Assembly (NCBI RefSeq): GCF_009914755.1
Contig: NC_060930.1
Direction: 5' to 3' (one strand)
DNA from: the human T2T-CHM13v2.0 reference genome, Homo sapiens
DNA length: 64,000 nucleotides
Of this stretch, positions 63,296-64,000 are shown one piece after another; within the stretch, counting starts at the first letter, position 1, and each line of letters opens with the position of its first letter. A program made the translations under genes and the position numbers. The notes under the pieces were generated by a model that was given only the letters and a program-made list of their open reading frames with translations, was not told where the DNA came from and did no database searches.

Positions 63296-63339
63296 AGAAA
63301 GTGAGAGAGACAGAGAGAACAGAGCCAAGTGATAGGAAG

Positions 63340-63435
63340 TACACTCTATTCCTGGCTCAGTAACAGACTGTGTGGAAGTGGGGGAATAATTTCACTCTGT
63401 GGACTTCAGTTATCTCTCCTGTAAAATGGAGGATA
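63340..63435 (+). mobile_element. MIR core fragment
   Basis: ctctgtggacttcagttatctctcctgtaaaatgga. Confidence 0.6.
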
Positions 63436-63537
63436 GAGTCAGGACATAGACGGCTCTTCCGACGAGGTCAGAGTTCCTCAAGGCAATTTAGGAGGAATCC
63501 AAGGTTTGCCAAGGCTTTGCATTCACCAGCTGACATG

Positions 63538-63551
63538 GCGCCACCACGTGG
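63538..63551 (-). promoter_or_regulatory. CTCF-like motif overlapping an E-box
   Basis: Minus strand CCACGTGGTGGCGC (2 mismatches to the core); CACGTG 63545-63550. Confidence 0.4.
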
Positions 63552-64000
63552 TAATAGTGTAAACAATTTAAAATGTATTGGATCCGTCAGCTTTTAAACA
63601 TGATTCATCAATGTTTAATTTGAGGAATTAAGATTATTTAAACTTTGGTGCATAAACTGAGACTTTATTAATATGTTTATTTTTCACTATTTGAAATTTG
63701 CATAAAATGTGACTACACTGTATAGACAGGGAAGTTTTGAAATCTAACATTGTTTCTGTAACACAGAGTAACAACCAACTACATTTAAAAATGGGGAAAA
63801 TATGATAATAGAAGAATTATTCACATCAGAAAGTATATTTTAAACAACAATATACAACATCTTTAATAGCCATATGGTTAAAAAAACTTTTCAAAATGCC
63901 TAAAGTTCCTGAAATTAGTTTAGTGAGTGGGGTAAGCGCAGAGTTGGGTGAAAAGACACAAGAGTACCTCAAGAACTTTTATTGTTAATATTATATTATC

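Overview
Primate (human-like) AT-rich non-coding DNA, dominated by transposable-element fossils. These include a 5'-truncated, internally deleted L1PA8-type LINE (4081-9745, minus) with a nested Alu, about 20 Alu/FLAM copies, old L1M, L2 and MIR fragments, MaLR/ERVL LTRs (including a two-LTR MLT1 provirus), and Tigger/hAT DNA transposons. I can support no intact protein-coding gene, RNA gene or CRISPR array; the ORF track is repeat-derived or chance. The most interesting signals are: (1) two co-oriented, very degenerate cassettes (53820-54480 and 56560-57450) whose by-eye translations follow the gag knuckle > frameshift site > protease > RT order of Sushi-type Ty3/Gypsy elements (PEG10/RTL relatives); (2) a cluster of locally templated, non-retrotransposed insertions, namely a ~440-bp inverted duplication inside perfect 26-bp direct repeats, a composite insertion with a perfect 27-bp hairpin, a ~150-bp transversion-rich copy inside an LTR, and two micro fold-backs; (3) candidate regulatory motifs, namely a convergent CTCF pair, paired AP-1 sites and a long GGAA microsatellite. 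Repeat subfamily names are from recall of consensus sequences and are tentative, and the boundaries of old repeats are approximate.
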